This document shows positions 1 to 10,434 of a stretch of 64,000 nt of DNA, in pieces (position 1 is the stretch's first letter; each line of letters opens with the position of its first letter). The notes below the pieces were generated by a model. It had not been told where the DNA came from and ran no database searches. It was given only the letters and a program-made list of their open reading frames with translations. Source of the DNA: an uncultured bacterium (GTDB lineage Bacteria; Hydrothermota; Tepidihabitantia; SM23-42). The stretch is from positions 11,929-75,928 of the forward strand of contig CBFDDH010000004.1 in the NCBI GenBank assembly GCA_965603515.1, written 5' to 3'. A program made the position numbers and the translations under genes.

Positions 1-535
1 AGAGGTTATTTAAGTGGTCGTTCAGCAATACACTCGTTATCTCACCCCGCGATCTTTCAATAACCTTGTCCCATTGCACATTACCAAGGCTATCATATTG
101 TAGCAGGACTACGGCGTTGACACCTTTTAAGTCAGTGGTTTGTGCAAGGACATAAATGTCATATTTAACCTCGACAATTTCACCTGTGATGGCACGGATA
201 GCATTCCCTTTTGAAGATTTTAAGTCTTGCGATTCATAGACTGTATGCCAGATGAGCTCACCATCAGCATCATAATTCGCAGTAATGCAGACTGATTCTT
301 TTTCCTCTGTCCAAAATGCCCCAGTAACAACATAAGAACGTATCATTGAAAAAGGAACTCCTTTAACTCGGGGGTCGTGGTTGTGTAGACTAGTATATGT
401 CCTTGAGGAAGAAATCCCATTGATTCGATAATTACCTGGACCTGCTGGTTCGAATTTCACTTCCCATTTGGTCTCCATTTCACTACAATTCACGACCAAA
501 ATTATTGATAGGACTATATATACAATGTTCTTCAT
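1..535 (-). CDS. hypothetical lipoprotein (N-terminal part; gene continues beyond window start)
   Basis: Open frame on the minus strand starting at ATG 533-535. Translation MKNIVYIVLSIILVVNCSEMETKW... has a signal peptide with a lipobox Cys. No stop within the window, so it is absent from the ORF track. Confidence 0.5.
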   Translation of the reverse strand, partial: MKNIVYIVLSIILVVNCSEMETKWEVKFEPAGPGNYRINGISSSRTYTSLHNHDPRVKGVPFSMIRSYVVTGAFWTEEKESVCITANYDADGELIWHTVYESQDLKSSKGNAIRAITGEIVEVKYDIYVLAQTTDLKGVNAVVLLQYDSLGNVQWDKVIERSRGEITSVLLNDHLNNL

Positions 536-811
536 AGTAATATTATAGTAGTAGATAATTAAGTGTCAAGGCATTAATCATTTATCCTATTTGTATATGT
601 GAATACAGAAATTATCTCTTGACATGAATCTCGTTTACCTTATACTTAAGTATAAGGTAGGTCTTGTGATGGAATTAAGTACCTGTTCTCAGATCGACGT
701 TTTTTTACACGGGTCTGAGAACCTGGAATAAAAAGTAATCGATTATCTTATGAGGGGTACTACGCTTTTTAAAAAAAAGATACAACAATCAATGAATGAG
801 AGGGAGAATCA

Positions 812-2053
812 ATGAAAAAAATACTCTTACTTAGTCTTGTTATTGGCTTTTGCTCTTTGTCCTTTGGGACATGGGAGTCTGTTGGACCTTATGGCGGTTA
901 TCTGCGGAAAATGGCTGTTGCGCCCTCAAACCAGGGTATTATATATGCATCAGCGAATGGTAACCCTTCACCAATTGTAAAATCTATAGATGGCGGTGCT
1001 TCCTGGAACAGGGTAACATCGATCAATTCATATATATATTCGATGACTGTCGATCCAACAAATCCTGATATCGTATATGCAGGCGGTTATATGCAAGTCT
1101 ATAAATCCACTAATGGTGGCTCTTCGTGGACTGGTTACTCAGTCTCCAATTATTATATCAACCGTCTGGCAGTACATCCAACATCACCTTCGACTGTATT
1201 CGCATCAGGTAGAGTATATACGGGAAGTGTTTATGTAATGGGGTTTTTCAAGAGTACCAATGGTGGCTCTTCCTGGACGAATACCTATCTCAGTGATTCT
1301 AATGGGGTTGCTTATAGTATGGCATTAGATCCATCTGTTCCTGACAATATATATGTCGGCGGGTACTATTATGCAAATTCCACATACCACCCTTCTGTCT
1401 ACAAATCAACTAATGCAGGAGCGAATTTTACTGAAGTATCAACTGGAATAGCATCTTCTAGTTATTATGTTTATGCACTGGCAGTCCATCCAACAACATC
1501 AAATACGATCTATGCCGGGACATACTATGGCGGCATATACCGGACAACGAATGGCGGTTCATCATGGTCATTAGTATCACCTGCAAGCTATCGGTATCTC
1601 TATGACATGTCGACGACAATAGCCAGACCAAATTATGTCTATGTCGGCGCAGATACATGTATATATAGAAGCACGAATTCCGGTTCTACATGGTCAACAC
1701 TCAATTCAGGGCTCAATGGAAAATATAATTATGGCATACATGCCCGTAGTGATCTTGTGTCTCAGGTATATGTATGTAATAACTCAGGCTTTTATGTTTC
1801 CACTAATGCTGGAGCAAGTTGGACAGCTTCAAATCATGGCATAACAGTGAACGGCATTGCCAGTTTCTCAAGTCCGAATACGAACCCGGCAATTATCTAC
1901 ACGTCTTTTGAAGACGTCGGAATCTTCAAAACCACAAATAGTGGCTCAGACTGGACTATATTACCCACACCCTTAGCCTGTGGTGATATATGTTCCTTTG
2001 CTTTTAATAATAGCAACCCTAATACCATCTATGCCCTGGAAGGGTTAGGCTGA
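812..2053 (+). CDS. BNR/Asp-box repeat protein, N-terminal segment (signal peptide; ends at in-frame TGA 2051-2053)
   Basis: Track ORF. N-terminal signal peptide. Multiple Asp-box/BNR repeats (STNGGSSWT, KSTNGGSSWTN, TTNGGSSWS, RSTNSGSTWST, STNAGASWTAS, TTNSGSDWTIL). The same frame stays open after the TGA. Confidence 0.7.
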   Translation: MKKILLLSLVIGFCSLSFGTWESVGPYGGYLRKMAVAPSNQGIIYASANGNPSPIVKSIDGGASWNRVTSINSYIYSMTVDPTNPDIVYAGGYMQVYKSTNGGSSWTGYSVSNYYINRLAVHPTSPSTVFASGRVYTGSVYVMGFFKSTNGGSSWTNTYLSDSNGVAYSMALDPSVPDNIYVGGYYYANSTYHPSVYKSTNAGANFTEVSTGIASSSYYVYALAVHPTTSNTIYAGTYYGGIYRTTNGGSSWSLVSPASYRYLYDMSTTIARPNYVYVGADTCIYRSTNSGSTWSTLNSGLNGKYNYGIHARSDLVSQVYVCNNSGFYVSTNAGASWTASNHGITVNGIASFSSPNTNPAIIYTSFEDVGIFKTTNSGSDWTILPTPLACGDICSFAFNNSNPNTIYALEGLG

Positions 2054-2134
2054 GGTAATGCCGAGCTCTTTAAGAGCACAGACGGCGGGTCTGTCTGGAC
2101 ACAGATTGGGAGTTATTACACGGACGGCGGAGAT

Positions 2135-3037
2135 TTGGTCGCTGACCCCAATAATAACTCAGTGTTTTGGAGTTGTGGCAGATATTACAACGGCAGTTAT
2201 TATGTAATGGAAGCCTCAAAAAGCATAAATAATTGCTCATCTTGGACACGGTATGAACTTACCACAACAACCGGATTTGCTTACACCGTAGAAATCGATC
2301 CGGTCAACTCGAATATTGTATACATTGGTGGAGACGGTGGTATTTATAAAACGACCAATGCTGGTACTTCATGGTCAGGGGCTTCGACTGGTATCACGGG
2401 TATTGTCTACGATATTACGATAAATCCGGACAATACCAGTGTATTGTACGCTGGTTCAGCAAATGGTGTCTATAAAACAACGAATAGCGGCACAAGTTGG
2501 TCGTATACGGGATGCAGCAATGTACGTGGCGTGGTCATTGACCCCATGGATGTAAATACTGTATATGCCGGTACAGGCACTGGTGTGTATAAGAGTACCT
2601 CAGGCGGAAGCAGCTGGTCCGCAATGAATAGTGGTCTTGATGATACCTATGTTAATTGTCTGGGTATACACCCGAGTCTCTATCTTTTTGCCGGAACAGA
2701 GACTGCTAGTATGTTCCGTTGGGATCTTAATATCGGTATCAACGAATTGATAACGGAACGGCTGTTCCATAAGATCTCCATTTCACCTAATCCTACTACA
2801 GGAAAAACCATTTTTGCCTATCAATTAGCTCGAGCAACTGAGGTTAATCTTTGTGTTTATGATATTCAAGGACGCCTGGTCAAAGTACTCGTAAATGGCG
2901 CACAGAATGCAGGGTCATACAATGCAGTTTGGCTCGGGCTTGATAATAGTGACAATGATGTTGCGGCAGGTATCTACTTATGCAAATTCTCGACTGACCA
3001 CGGTACACATATTAAGAAATTGGTCTTCTTAAGATAA
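2135..3037 (+). CDS. BNR/Asp-box repeat protein, C-terminal segment with type-IX-secretion C-terminal sorting domain (same frame as 812..2053; frame already open from 2054)
   Basis: Same frame as the upstream ORF (2135-812 divisible by 3). Codons 2054-2134 encode another BNR repeat (KSTDGGSVWTQIG). More repeats follow (KTTNAGTSWSG, KTTNSGTSWSY, KSTSGGSSWSA). C-terminal ~85 aa (...ISISPNPTTGKTIFAY...GIYLCKFSTDHGTHIKKLVFLR) looks like a T9SS sorting domain. Confidence 0.6.
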   Translation: MVADPNNNSVFWSCGRYYNGSYYVMEASKSINNCSSWTRYELTTTTGFAYTVEIDPVNSNIVYIGGDGGIYKTTNAGTSWSGASTGITGIVYDITINPDNTSVLYAGSANGVYKTTNSGTSWSYTGCSNVRGVVIDPMDVNTVYAGTGTGVYKSTSGGSSWSAMNSGLDDTYVNCLGIHPSLYLFAGTETASMFRWDLNIGINELITERLFHKISISPNPTTGKTIFAYQLARATEVNLCVYDIQGRLVKVLVNGAQNAGSYNAVWLGLDNSDNDVAAGIYLCKFSTDHGTHIKKLVFLR

Positions 3038-3051
3038 TCCATCAGAATAGA

Positions 3052-3092
3052 TAAAGCCCCGCATTTACATATTGAATGCGGGGCTTTATATT
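3052..3092. terminator. bidirectional rho-independent terminator hairpin between convergent genes
   Basis: Perfect inverted repeat aaagccccgcatt / aatgcggggcttt with a short loop, flanked by A/T runs, between the + BNR gene and the - gene ending at 3092. Confidence 0.6.
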
Positions 3093-3568
3093 TATTCAGC
3101 CCACTCTTTTAGAGCTTCTTTGATCTTCTCTTCAATTTTAATCGCTATTTCTTCCCATTCTTTATCTTTTTTATCTTTATCAGCTTCGTCTAACCATGAT
3201 TTAATACCTTTTTGGACTCTTTCTTCAATACGGTCACCAAATCGATCCCAATCTTTCTTTTTCAAACGGTATTTTCCTCGGGTATGTCTAAACATACCAC
3301 CAAGAGAGATCATCAAGCCTATTAGATAACCCAAATTATACGACCAGCCAGTATTACTCACCTCATATATACCTACTTTATTAGTGAATAAACTTATGAT
3401 AAAGGTTATCACAACGATCAAACCGTGCCATATGCCAGCCCAGAACCCGGCATCATCACCCGGGTTGATCTCCTGGTTCCATCGTTCGTTGCCTGGAGCA
3501 CAGCTCAGAATTACCAGGGTTATAATAAGCACCAAGCCTAATAACAAGTATTTCTTTCTTGCAAACAT
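3092..3568 (-). CDS. hypothetical membrane/lipoprotein with charged C-terminal tail
   Basis: Track ORF. N-terminal signal with lipobox (VILSCAP), hydrophobic segments, K/E/D-rich C-terminus. No family recognised. Confidence 0.5.
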   Translation of the reverse strand: MFARKKYLLLGLVLIITLVILSCAPGNERWNQEINPGDDAGFWAGIWHGLIVVITFIISLFTNKVGIYEVSNTGWSYNLGYLIGLMISLGGMFRHTRGKYRLKKKDWDRFGDRIEERVQKGIKSWLDEADKDKKDKEWEEIAIKIEEKIKEALKEWAE

Positions 3569-3727
3569 ACATCCTCCTCGTTGCGATTCTTTTTAAGTAT
3601 ATGGAAGACAAGATAACAGTCAATATACAAACTTATATAATAGATTGTCTTAACTATGTGCCCGGGAAGCTTATGATTGACTTTTTTAATTTTTAAAGTA
3701 CTATATCTATATATTAAAGGAGGTAAC

Positions 3728-5371
3728 ATGAAAATATTCGTAGTTGTGATTTCTGTAGTGCTTACTCTTAGCTTTTTGGCAGGAGTACCGATGTCTCCGG
3801 AACTTGAGAATAAACTGAAAAGGGAAGGTCGATTCAATGAAGTTATTGAACAGCTTCAGCAAGCCAAAGAAAAGGGCGTAGATCAACCAAATCCAGCTCA
3901 TTATAATTTAGATCCTGGCGAGCAGACAACACTCCATGCTGTTGCCATTCTTGTTGATTTTTCTGACAAAGTGGCAACAACACCAAGTGCTCACTTTGAT
4001 TCGCTCCTTGCATCACAAGGAACATATCCAACCGGCTCTTTCCGTGATTTTTTTCTGGAAAACAGTTATAATAATATCGATGTCGTTATGACTGTCGTAG
4101 GGTGGTTTAGAATGCCACAAACCTATGCCTATTACGTAAACGGACAATATGGCTTTGGGCCATATCCGATGAATGCGCAAAGGATGGCTGAGGACGCAGT
4201 TTGGGCAGCAGACCCGACCGTAGATTTTTCTCAATTTGACAACGATAATAACGGTTACATAGATGCTCTTTTTATTGTGCATGCAGGACCTGGAGCAGAA
4301 CAAACCGGCAGTGTCAATGATATTTGGTCCCATGCATGGGTCACGGTCAATGTCCCCTACGTGGATAGTGTCTATGCCTATGGTTATTCGACAGAACCAG
4401 AGGACGGGAAAATAGGTGTCTTTTGCCACGAGGCCGGGCATAATGTTTTTGGACTTCCTGATTTATATGATTATGACTATGATTCGTACGGCACTGGGAG
4501 ATGGTCGCTTATGTCCAATGGCTCATGGAACGGGGGCGGTACATCACCATCGCATCTTGATGCCTGGTGCAAGATACAGACCGGCTTTGTTACTCCTCAA
4601 GTGCCTACAGCAAATCAGATGGGTGTGCTTTTTCCAAGAGTCATGGATAATCCTTTAGTCTATAAATTATGGTCTTATGGCACGCCAGGACTCGAGTATT
4701 TCTTGGTTGAAAATCGACAGCGAGTGGGATTTGATGCTACTTTGCCATATGCCGGTATGTTGATCTATCACGTAGATGACGCCAAATCCAATAATAATAA
4801 TCAGTGGTATCCGGGACATGCTACATACGGACATTATCTTGTTGCTGTTGAGCAAGCAGATGGTGCCTGGCATCTTGAACAATATATCAATGCGGGTGAT
4901 GTAAATGATCCGTGGCCCGGTACCTTGAATAGACGGTCTTTCAGCGATTCCACAACACCGGATACAAAAGATTATTCATTTACCACAACTTATGTTGCGG
5001 TAGATAATATAAGCAATTCGGGTGACACGATGACTGCTGATATTTATGTAAGACCGGTTGGTATCGAAGAAGAAATTTCATTAAAAAATACCGTTTCTGT
5101 ATTCAAAGTTGCACCCTCTATTGGTTCTGCTAGTTTCAATATTTCATTCTTCTCGCAGGATCAATATGATGCTATTACAATAAAAATACTGGATATCTCG
5201 GGAAGAATCGTGAAACGGTATGATGTCATCGCAGAACAGACAACTTGGTATGGCAACGATGATTCTGGCAAGCGCGTAGCACCTGGTGTATACTTTGTGC
5301 AAGTTGAATACAGGGATATGGAAAGCGCCGCTCGTTCTTTAGAAGTTAAACAGATCATTGTTGTAAATTAG
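3728..5371 (+). CDS. M6-family (immune inhibitor A-like) zinc metalloprotease with T9SS C-terminal sorting domain
   Basis: HEAGHNVFGLPDLYD zinc-binding motif typical of M6/InhA peptidases. Signal peptide. Strong Shine-Dalgarno (AAAGGAGGT) 8 nt before ATG 3728; the track ORF starts 17 codons earlier at 3677. C-terminal ~80 aa beta-sandwich-like domain (ITIKILDISGRIVKRY...GVYFVQVEY...) typical of T9SS cargo. Confidence 0.8.
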   Translation: MKIFVVVISVVLTLSFLAGVPMSPELENKLKREGRFNEVIEQLQQAKEKGVDQPNPAHYNLDPGEQTTLHAVAILVDFSDKVATTPSAHFDSLLASQGTYPTGSFRDFFLENSYNNIDVVMTVVGWFRMPQTYAYYVNGQYGFGPYPMNAQRMAEDAVWAADPTVDFSQFDNDNNGYIDALFIVHAGPGAEQTGSVNDIWSHAWVTVNVPYVDSVYAYGYSTEPEDGKIGVFCHEAGHNVFGLPDLYDYDYDSYGTGRWSLMSNGSWNGGGTSPSHLDAWCKIQTGFVTPQVPTANQMGVLFPRVMDNPLVYKLWSYGTPGLEYFLVENRQRVGFDATLPYAGMLIYHVDDAKSNNNNQWYPGHATYGHYLVAVEQADGAWHLEQYINAGDVNDPWPGTLNRRSFSDSTTPDTKDYSFTTTYVAVDNISNSGDTMTADIYVRPVGIEEEISLKNTVSVFKVAPSIGSASFNISFFSQDQYDAITIKILDISGRIVKRYDVIAEQTTWYGNDDSGKRVAPGVYFVQVEYRDMESAARSLEVKQIIVVN

Positions 5372-5398
5372 CCTACACTAAGTAATTCTTACACGAGT

Positions 5399-5436
5399 AA
5401 TGCCCCGTATTGATCCACTGTCCGGGGCATTACTTC
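5399..5436 (+). terminator. rho-independent terminator after protease gene
   Basis: Hairpin aatgccccg...cggggcatt followed by a T-rich tract. Confidence 0.5.
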
Positions 5437-5509
5437 TTTTTCAATAAGCTTAAATCTGATTCCCCTTGACTTGCTAAAAAAATTAATTATGATATAGGCA
5501 AGGAGGAAT

Positions 5510-6553
5510 ATGGCAAAAGACGATAAACAGAAAGTCTTAAATGTAGCTATCAGTCAAATTGAAAAACAATTCGGTAAAGGATCGATCATGCGCCTTGGCG
5601 ATAAAGGAATAAGAGATGACATCAAAGTGATTCCAACTGGTTCAATCGGTCTAGACTTTGCTCTCGGTATTGGTGGATTCCCACGGGGTCGGGTCATTGA
5701 GATTTTTGGTCCAGAAGCAGGTGGTAAGACCACGCTTGCCTTAGAGGCCATTGCTCAAGCTCAAAAAGCGGGTGGAACCGCAATCTTTGTCGATGTCGAA
5801 CACGCCTTTGACCCAACTTATGCGCAAAACCTAGGGGTCAATCTGACCGACTTATTCATTTCCCAACCTGACACTGCTGAACAGGCTCTAGAGATCACCG
5901 AAATACTAACCCGCTCTGGCGGCGTTGATATTGTCGTGCTTGACTCAGTTGCTGCCTTGGTGCCGAAAGCTGAGATCGCTGGAGAAATGGGTGAATTACA
6001 GATCGGCTTGATTGCCCGTCTTATGTCCCAGGCATTGAGAAAACTAACCGGCGTGATCAGTAAATCAAATACCTGTGCAGTTTTCATTAACCAAATACGC
6101 TACAAAATCGGGGTTATTTATGGTTCACCAGAAACAACGCCTGGAGGTATGGCTCTCAAGTTTCACTCGTCAATCCGATGTGATATTAGACGGATCGCCA
6201 CAATTAAGAAAGGTGATACAATGATCGGTTCGAGAACAAGGGTTAGAGTAGTGAAGAATAAACTCGCGCCACCTTTTAAAAAAGTAGAATTCGATATTAT
6301 TTACGGAGAAGGGATCTCCAGATATGGAGAATTAGTCGACATCGGCGTGGACATGAAAATTATCCAGAAAGCAGGTTCCTGGTATTCGTACGGCGATGAA
6401 CGAATTGGTCAAGGACGAGATGCCGTTATTGAATTACTGAAAACAGACAGCGACATAGCTCGCAAAATTGAACAAAAAATATGTAAAGAGATGAACCCTG
6501 TACAAACAATCAAACGTGAAGATAAGCAAGATCGAACCCCAGAAAAAAAATAG
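5510..6553 (+). CDS. recA: recombinase RecA
   Basis: Full-length RecA signature ([31 protein letters not shown]..., Walker [11 protein letters not shown]2 loop region). 347 aa. Confidence 0.97.
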   Translation: MAKDDKQKVLNVAISQIEKQFGKGSIMRLGDKGIRDDIKVIPTGSIGLDFALGIGGFPRGRVIEIFGPEAGGKTTLALEAIAQAQKAGGTAIFVDVEHAFDPTYAQNLGVNLTDLFISQPDTAEQALEITEILTRSGGVDIVVLDSVAALVPKAEIAGEMGELQIGLIARLMSQALRKLTGVISKSNTCAVFINQIRYKIGVIYGSPETTPGGMALKFHSSIRCDIRRIATIKKGDTMIGSRTRVRVVKNKLAPPFKKVEFDIIYGEGISRYGELVDIGVDMKIIQKAGSWYSYGDERIGQGRDAVIELLKTDSDIARKIEQKICKEMNPVQTIKREDKQDRTPEKK

Positions 6554-7115
6554 GCAACGTTGTTCCATATTTATCGACGGTGAATTCAGAGTTGGATTAA
6601 CCAAGGAGATTGTCATCCGATATAACCTGCACGAAGGTCTTGAGATTACCGACCGAGAATTCGATGAAATTTTGCACCAGGCAGAGAAAGGTAAAATAGC
6701 AAATAGAGCATTTAAAATACTCCATTATCGTGAAAGGTCGGTTGATGAACTCAGGGACAGACTGATCCGTATTGGCTTTGATAATCAACTCGTAAATGAA
6801 CTGGTCGACGAATTGATCGCTGATAAAACTCTTGATGATGAGCGGTTTGCCAATGCCTTTGTAAATGACTATACAAACTTGAGGCCAAAGGGAAACAGAT
6901 TCATCTTAAACGAATTGAATAAAAAAGGTATTGCAAAAGAGACAATAGCAAGGCTGCTAAGCACGAGGGATGAAAGAAAGATGATAAAACAGTATGTCGA
7001 GAAAAAAGCAAGCGGTTTAGACATCAAAAATCCCAAAGAACGTCAAAGACTTGTCCGTCGCTTACTGACTCGAGGGTTCACCCCAGACGTTGTTTATGAA
7101 ATTATTAAAGAATGA
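6516..7115 (+). CDS. recX: recombination regulator RecX
   Basis: Immediately downstream of recA, overlapping it by 38 nt in another frame. ~200 aa helical-repeat protein ([20 protein letters not shown]...), as in RecX. Stop TGA is directly followed by TAA. Confidence 0.85.
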   Translation: MKISKIEPQKKNRQRCSIFIDGEFRVGLTKEIVIRYNLHEGLEITDREFDEILHQAEKGKIANRAFKILHYRERSVDELRDRLIRIGFDNQLVNELVDELIADKTLDDERFANAFVNDYTNLRPKGNRFILNELNKKGIAKETIARLLSTRDERKMIKQYVEKKASGLDIKNPKERQRLVRRLLTRGFTPDVVYEIIKE

Positions 7116-7246
7116 TAATCGCGGGCAGCCCGCGCCCACCTATTGTGGGAAAGCCCTTCTGGGCTTGACAATTTTTCAATCATAGGAATCACAATAATGT
7201 CCGGTGAATTCCGAACGAGGAAGGATAAAAGAAGGGGGAAGAATCC

Positions 7247-9799
7247 ATGACGAGTAACGAACTGCGAACAAGCTTCTTAGAATTCTTCAAAGCTAAGGAC
7301 CATACTATTGTTCCTTCAATGTCCCTTATACCAAGGGATGATCCAAGCCTCCTTTTTACAAACGCGGGTATGGTTCAGTTCAAACCCCTGTGGACTGGAG
7401 CCATCCCACTGCCTTATCGACGCGCAACGAGCGTCCAGAAATGTCTGAGAACACCGGATTTAGACAATGTCGGAAAAACCCGACGTCATCTTACCTTTTT
7501 TGAAATGTTGGGGAATTTCTCGTTTGGCGATTATTTTAAGGAAGAAGCCATTACCTGGGCTTGGGAGTACTTGATCGAGGTATTGTCAATCGATCGGAGC
7601 AAACTGTATGTCTCAATCTATAAAGACGATGACGATGCATACAATATTTGGCATAAAAAAATAGATCTAAAACCGGAGCGGATTTTTCGCCTCGGAAAAG
7701 AACATAACTTCTGGGGACCAGCGGGGAATTCTGGACCATGTGGACCCTGCTCAGAAATCTTTTATGACTTAGGTGAAAAGTTTTCTTGTGGCCAGAAAAC
7801 CTGTGCACCTGGATGCGATTGCGATCGTTTTCCTGAAATTTGGAATTTGGTTTTCCCGCAATTTGACCAAAAAGCAAGCGGTGAACAGCTCCCATTAAAA
7901 AACCGTGGCATAGATACAGGCATGGGTTTTGAACGTCTTGTTACAGTTATCCAGAATAAGAATTCGCTTTTCACAACTGGTCTTTTTTGTTCTATTGTCG
8001 AAGATATAAGCAGAATAAAAAAAGTGAAATATGGCGAAAAGCAGGGTCTGGATATAATAATAAATGTCATCGCCGATCACGTTAGGGCATTAGTCTTTGC
8101 AATTGCCGACGGCATTATTCCCTCAAACGAAGAACGTGGATACGTTCTTCGAAGAATTTTGAGGAGAGCTGTAAGACTATCAAGGAATTTAGGCGAGGAA
8201 GAGGTTTTTCTCTATAAATTAGTCCCAAGGATCATAGAGCTGTATCAGAATGCTTATCCAGATATAACTGAACGAAGAGAAGAAATCACTCTTGTCATAA
8301 AGTCAGAAGAAGAAAGGTTTCTTACCACCCTGGAAAAGGGACTACACCGATTTGAGCAAATATGCAAAGACCGCGATTCTATTTCCGGAGAAGAAGCTTT
8401 TAAACTCTATGACACATACGGATTCCCCATTGAATTGACTCAAGAAATCGCCAAGGAAAAAGGCATTAGTGTTGACGAAGAAAGCTTCATGGCGATGCTT
8501 GAACAAGCCCGGGAAATCTCAAAAGCAGAAGCAAAATTCGTACCCAAGGGCGAGTGGGTTATTTTAAGCGACGAAAATGGCATATTCATTGGCTATGACG
8601 CCACCGAAAAAGAGACTGAAATAATAAAATTCAATGCGTATGAAAAAACCCTTGAGGTCGTGCTGAAAGAATCACCTTTTTATGCTGAGGCTGGAGGACA
8701 GATAGGCGACCGAGGCGAAATTGTCGGCGAAAACTACAAACTGGAAGTCCAAGACACCTATTCGTTTCAAGGTATGATCGTATGCCATTGTAAACTCACT
8801 CAAGGTAAGTTCACACCTGGCAAAGTTGTTGCTAAGGTAGATTTGAAAACACACAAAGAAAGTGCGCGTGCGCATACGGCAACCCATCTACTCCATGCTG
8901 CGCTCAGGAAAACCCTTGGCGAACATGCCCGTCAAGAAGGTTCGTTCGTCGAACCAGGAAGGTTCCGTTTTGACTTTACGCACTTTAAGCCGTTGAGCGA
9001 CGACGAGATCAATGTCATTGAAAATTTAGTAAACGAAAAGGTCCTGGATAATATACCCGTTGAAAAATTCAATACGACATTGGATGAGGCAAAACGACTC
9101 GGTGCAATGGCGATATTCGGCGAGAAATACGGTGATAAAGTCAGAGTCGTTAAGATCAATGATTTTTCAATTGAACTCTGCGCCGGTATCCACCTTGACA
9201 ATACCGGAGAAATGGGTTTGTTCAAAATTATCTCCCAGGAAGCCGCAGCTGCTGGTATACGTAGGGTAGAAGCAATTGTCGGCTTGAGGCTCTTCGATGA
9301 ATTACGTAAGAACGAAATAATGCTTAAGGAAATTGCAAATCTGGTTGGCGGGAAGAATATTGATCTGGTTAGCTGGGTTTCTGACTCGCTACAGGAATTC
9401 AAGGAAACAGAGAAGTCTTTTCAGGAAGCCCTTGCTCAACTGGCACGCAGTGAAGCAATGGTTCTACTTGCTAAAATGTGGGAGGAAAAAAGCAATTTTG
9501 TCGCAAAAGAACTCAAAAATTATGGGGGTCAGGGGATGCGTCTGGTAGCTGATTTAATAAGAGAAAAAGCTAACAAGGCAGCGGGTTTTTTCTATGAAAA
9601 GACAAAGGGTAAGATCAACTTTTTAATATTTGTCGGCGATGAATTAGTAAAAAAATACCCTGCTAACAAACTCCTCAAGGATGTCAGCAAAATCCTTGGC
9701 GGTGGTGGCGGTGGTCGACCCCGCATGGCAGAAGGTGGCGGTGGCGATCCAAAAAGGGTCGCAGAAGCAATTGATTTCCTGAAAAACAAAATCAAGTAG
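7247..9799 (+). CDS. alaS: alanine--tRNA ligase
   Basis: 850 aa. N-terminal class-II aaRS AlaRS motifs (FTNAGMVQFKP, zinc-binding Cys cluster CGPCSEIFYD), editing domain (HTATHLLHAAL), C-terminal Gly-rich DHHA1 domain. Confidence 0.95.
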   Translation: MTSNELRTSFLEFFKAKDHTIVPSMSLIPRDDPSLLFTNAGMVQFKPLWTGAIPLPYRRATSVQKCLRTPDLDNVGKTRRHLTFFEMLGNFSFGDYFKEEAITWAWEYLIEVLSIDRSKLYVSIYKDDDDAYNIWHKKIDLKPERIFRLGKEHNFWGPAGNSGPCGPCSEIFYDLGEKFSCGQKTCAPGCDCDRFPEIWNLVFPQFDQKASGEQLPLKNRGIDTGMGFERLVTVIQNKNSLFTTGLFCSIVEDISRIKKVKYGEKQGLDIIINVIADHVRALVFAIADGIIPSNEERGYVLRRILRRAVRLSRNLGEEEVFLYKLVPRIIELYQNAYPDITERREEITLVIKSEEERFLTTLEKGLHRFEQICKDRDSISGEEAFKLYDTYGFPIELTQEIAKEKGISVDEESFMAMLEQAREISKAEAKFVPKGEWVILSDENGIFIGYDATEKETEIIKFNAYEKTLEVVLKESPFYAEAGGQIGDRGEIVGENYKLEVQDTYSFQGMIVCHCKLTQGKFTPGKVVAKVDLKTHKESARAHTATHLLHAALRKTLGEHARQEGSFVEPGRFRFDFTHFKPLSDDEINVIENLVNEKVLDNIPVEKFNTTLDEAKRLGAMAIFGEKYGDKVRVVKINDFSIELCAGIHLDNTGEMGLFKIISQEAAAAGIRRVEAIVGLRLFDELRKNEIMLKEIANLVGGKNIDLVSWVSDSLQEFKETEKSFQEALAQLARSEAMVLLAKMWEEKSNFVAKELKNYGGQGMRLVADLIREKANKAAGFFYEKTKGKINFLIFVGDELVKKYPANKLLKDVSKILGGGGGGRPRMAEGGGGDPKRVAEAIDFLKNKIK

Positions 9800-9921
9800 C
9801 CGCCTAATCCTTCAACTGCGTTTCCCTCGATATACTCGGGACAGGTTTATCGGGGAAACCAAAATAAATAACTCTTGAAATCCCCAATAAATTATATAGA
9901 ATTAAGAAAAAGGAGGAAAAC

Positions 9922-10434
9922 ATGAAAAAAATTCTTATTGTTATTGCCATACTGCTGTTTGTCGTGGCAGCGGAAGCTAAACGCTATAGGTCATTAGTTG
10001 AGCTTGAACCAAAAGCCAGCCTTTATATCGGGAGTGTAAGGTTTGGGCTCGGCTGTGATGTGATATTTAACCCCTTGAAAACAGTGGGGTTTCGTTTTAG
10101 TGGCACAGAGCTCAGCTTTGGCGATGATCAAACCCAATTCTACTTGAATTTTTCGTTTCTTAATAGCTCGCTCGACGCACTCATCTATTTCCCGATGCGC
10201 GGAATGCAACCTTATGTACACACGGGGATTGGATTTCTTGTGTTGGATACTGATCCAGGTGACTCAAACACATTTTTCACAATCCGCGGTGGGCTCGGCT
10301 TGAATTATCCATGGAGCCACGGAGCCAACCTTTTTGTCGAACCCGGTGTTATTATCACCGATCCAGGTGACTGGGGGGATACTGATGTCATCTTTCGTCT
10401 TTCAGTGGGAGCAAGGTTTGGAATCTTAAAATGA
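9922..10434 (+). CDS. small outer-membrane beta-barrel protein (OmpW/porin-like), hypothetical
   Basis: Signal peptide, alternating amphipathic beta-strand pattern, C-terminal aromatic residue. Good SD AAAGGAGGAAAACATG. Paralogous in pattern to ORF 22485..22949. Confidence 0.55.
   Translation: MKKILIVIAILLFVVAAEAKRYRSLVELEPKASLYIGSVRFGLGCDVIFNPLKTVGFRFSGTELSFGDDQTQFYLNFSFLNSSLDALIYFPMRGMQPYVHTGIGFLVLDTDPGDSNTFFTIRGGLGLNYPWSHGANLFVEPGVIITDPGDWGDTDVIFRLSVGARFGILK

Noticed and set aside
2054-2134. Treating 812..2053 and 2135..3037 as two independent genes.
   Set aside because: The second ORF has no signal peptide, its first ATG has no RBS, and the BNR repeat pattern is continuous through the gap. 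A single interrupted gene is more parsimonious.
1458-5358. Antisense or alternative-frame ORFs inside the BNR and M6 protease genes (for example 1458..1658, 1635..1844, 4013..4441, 3843..4031, 5161..5358).
   Set aside because: Embedded in strong coding regions with recognisable domains on the other frame or strand. No RBS and no family resemblance.
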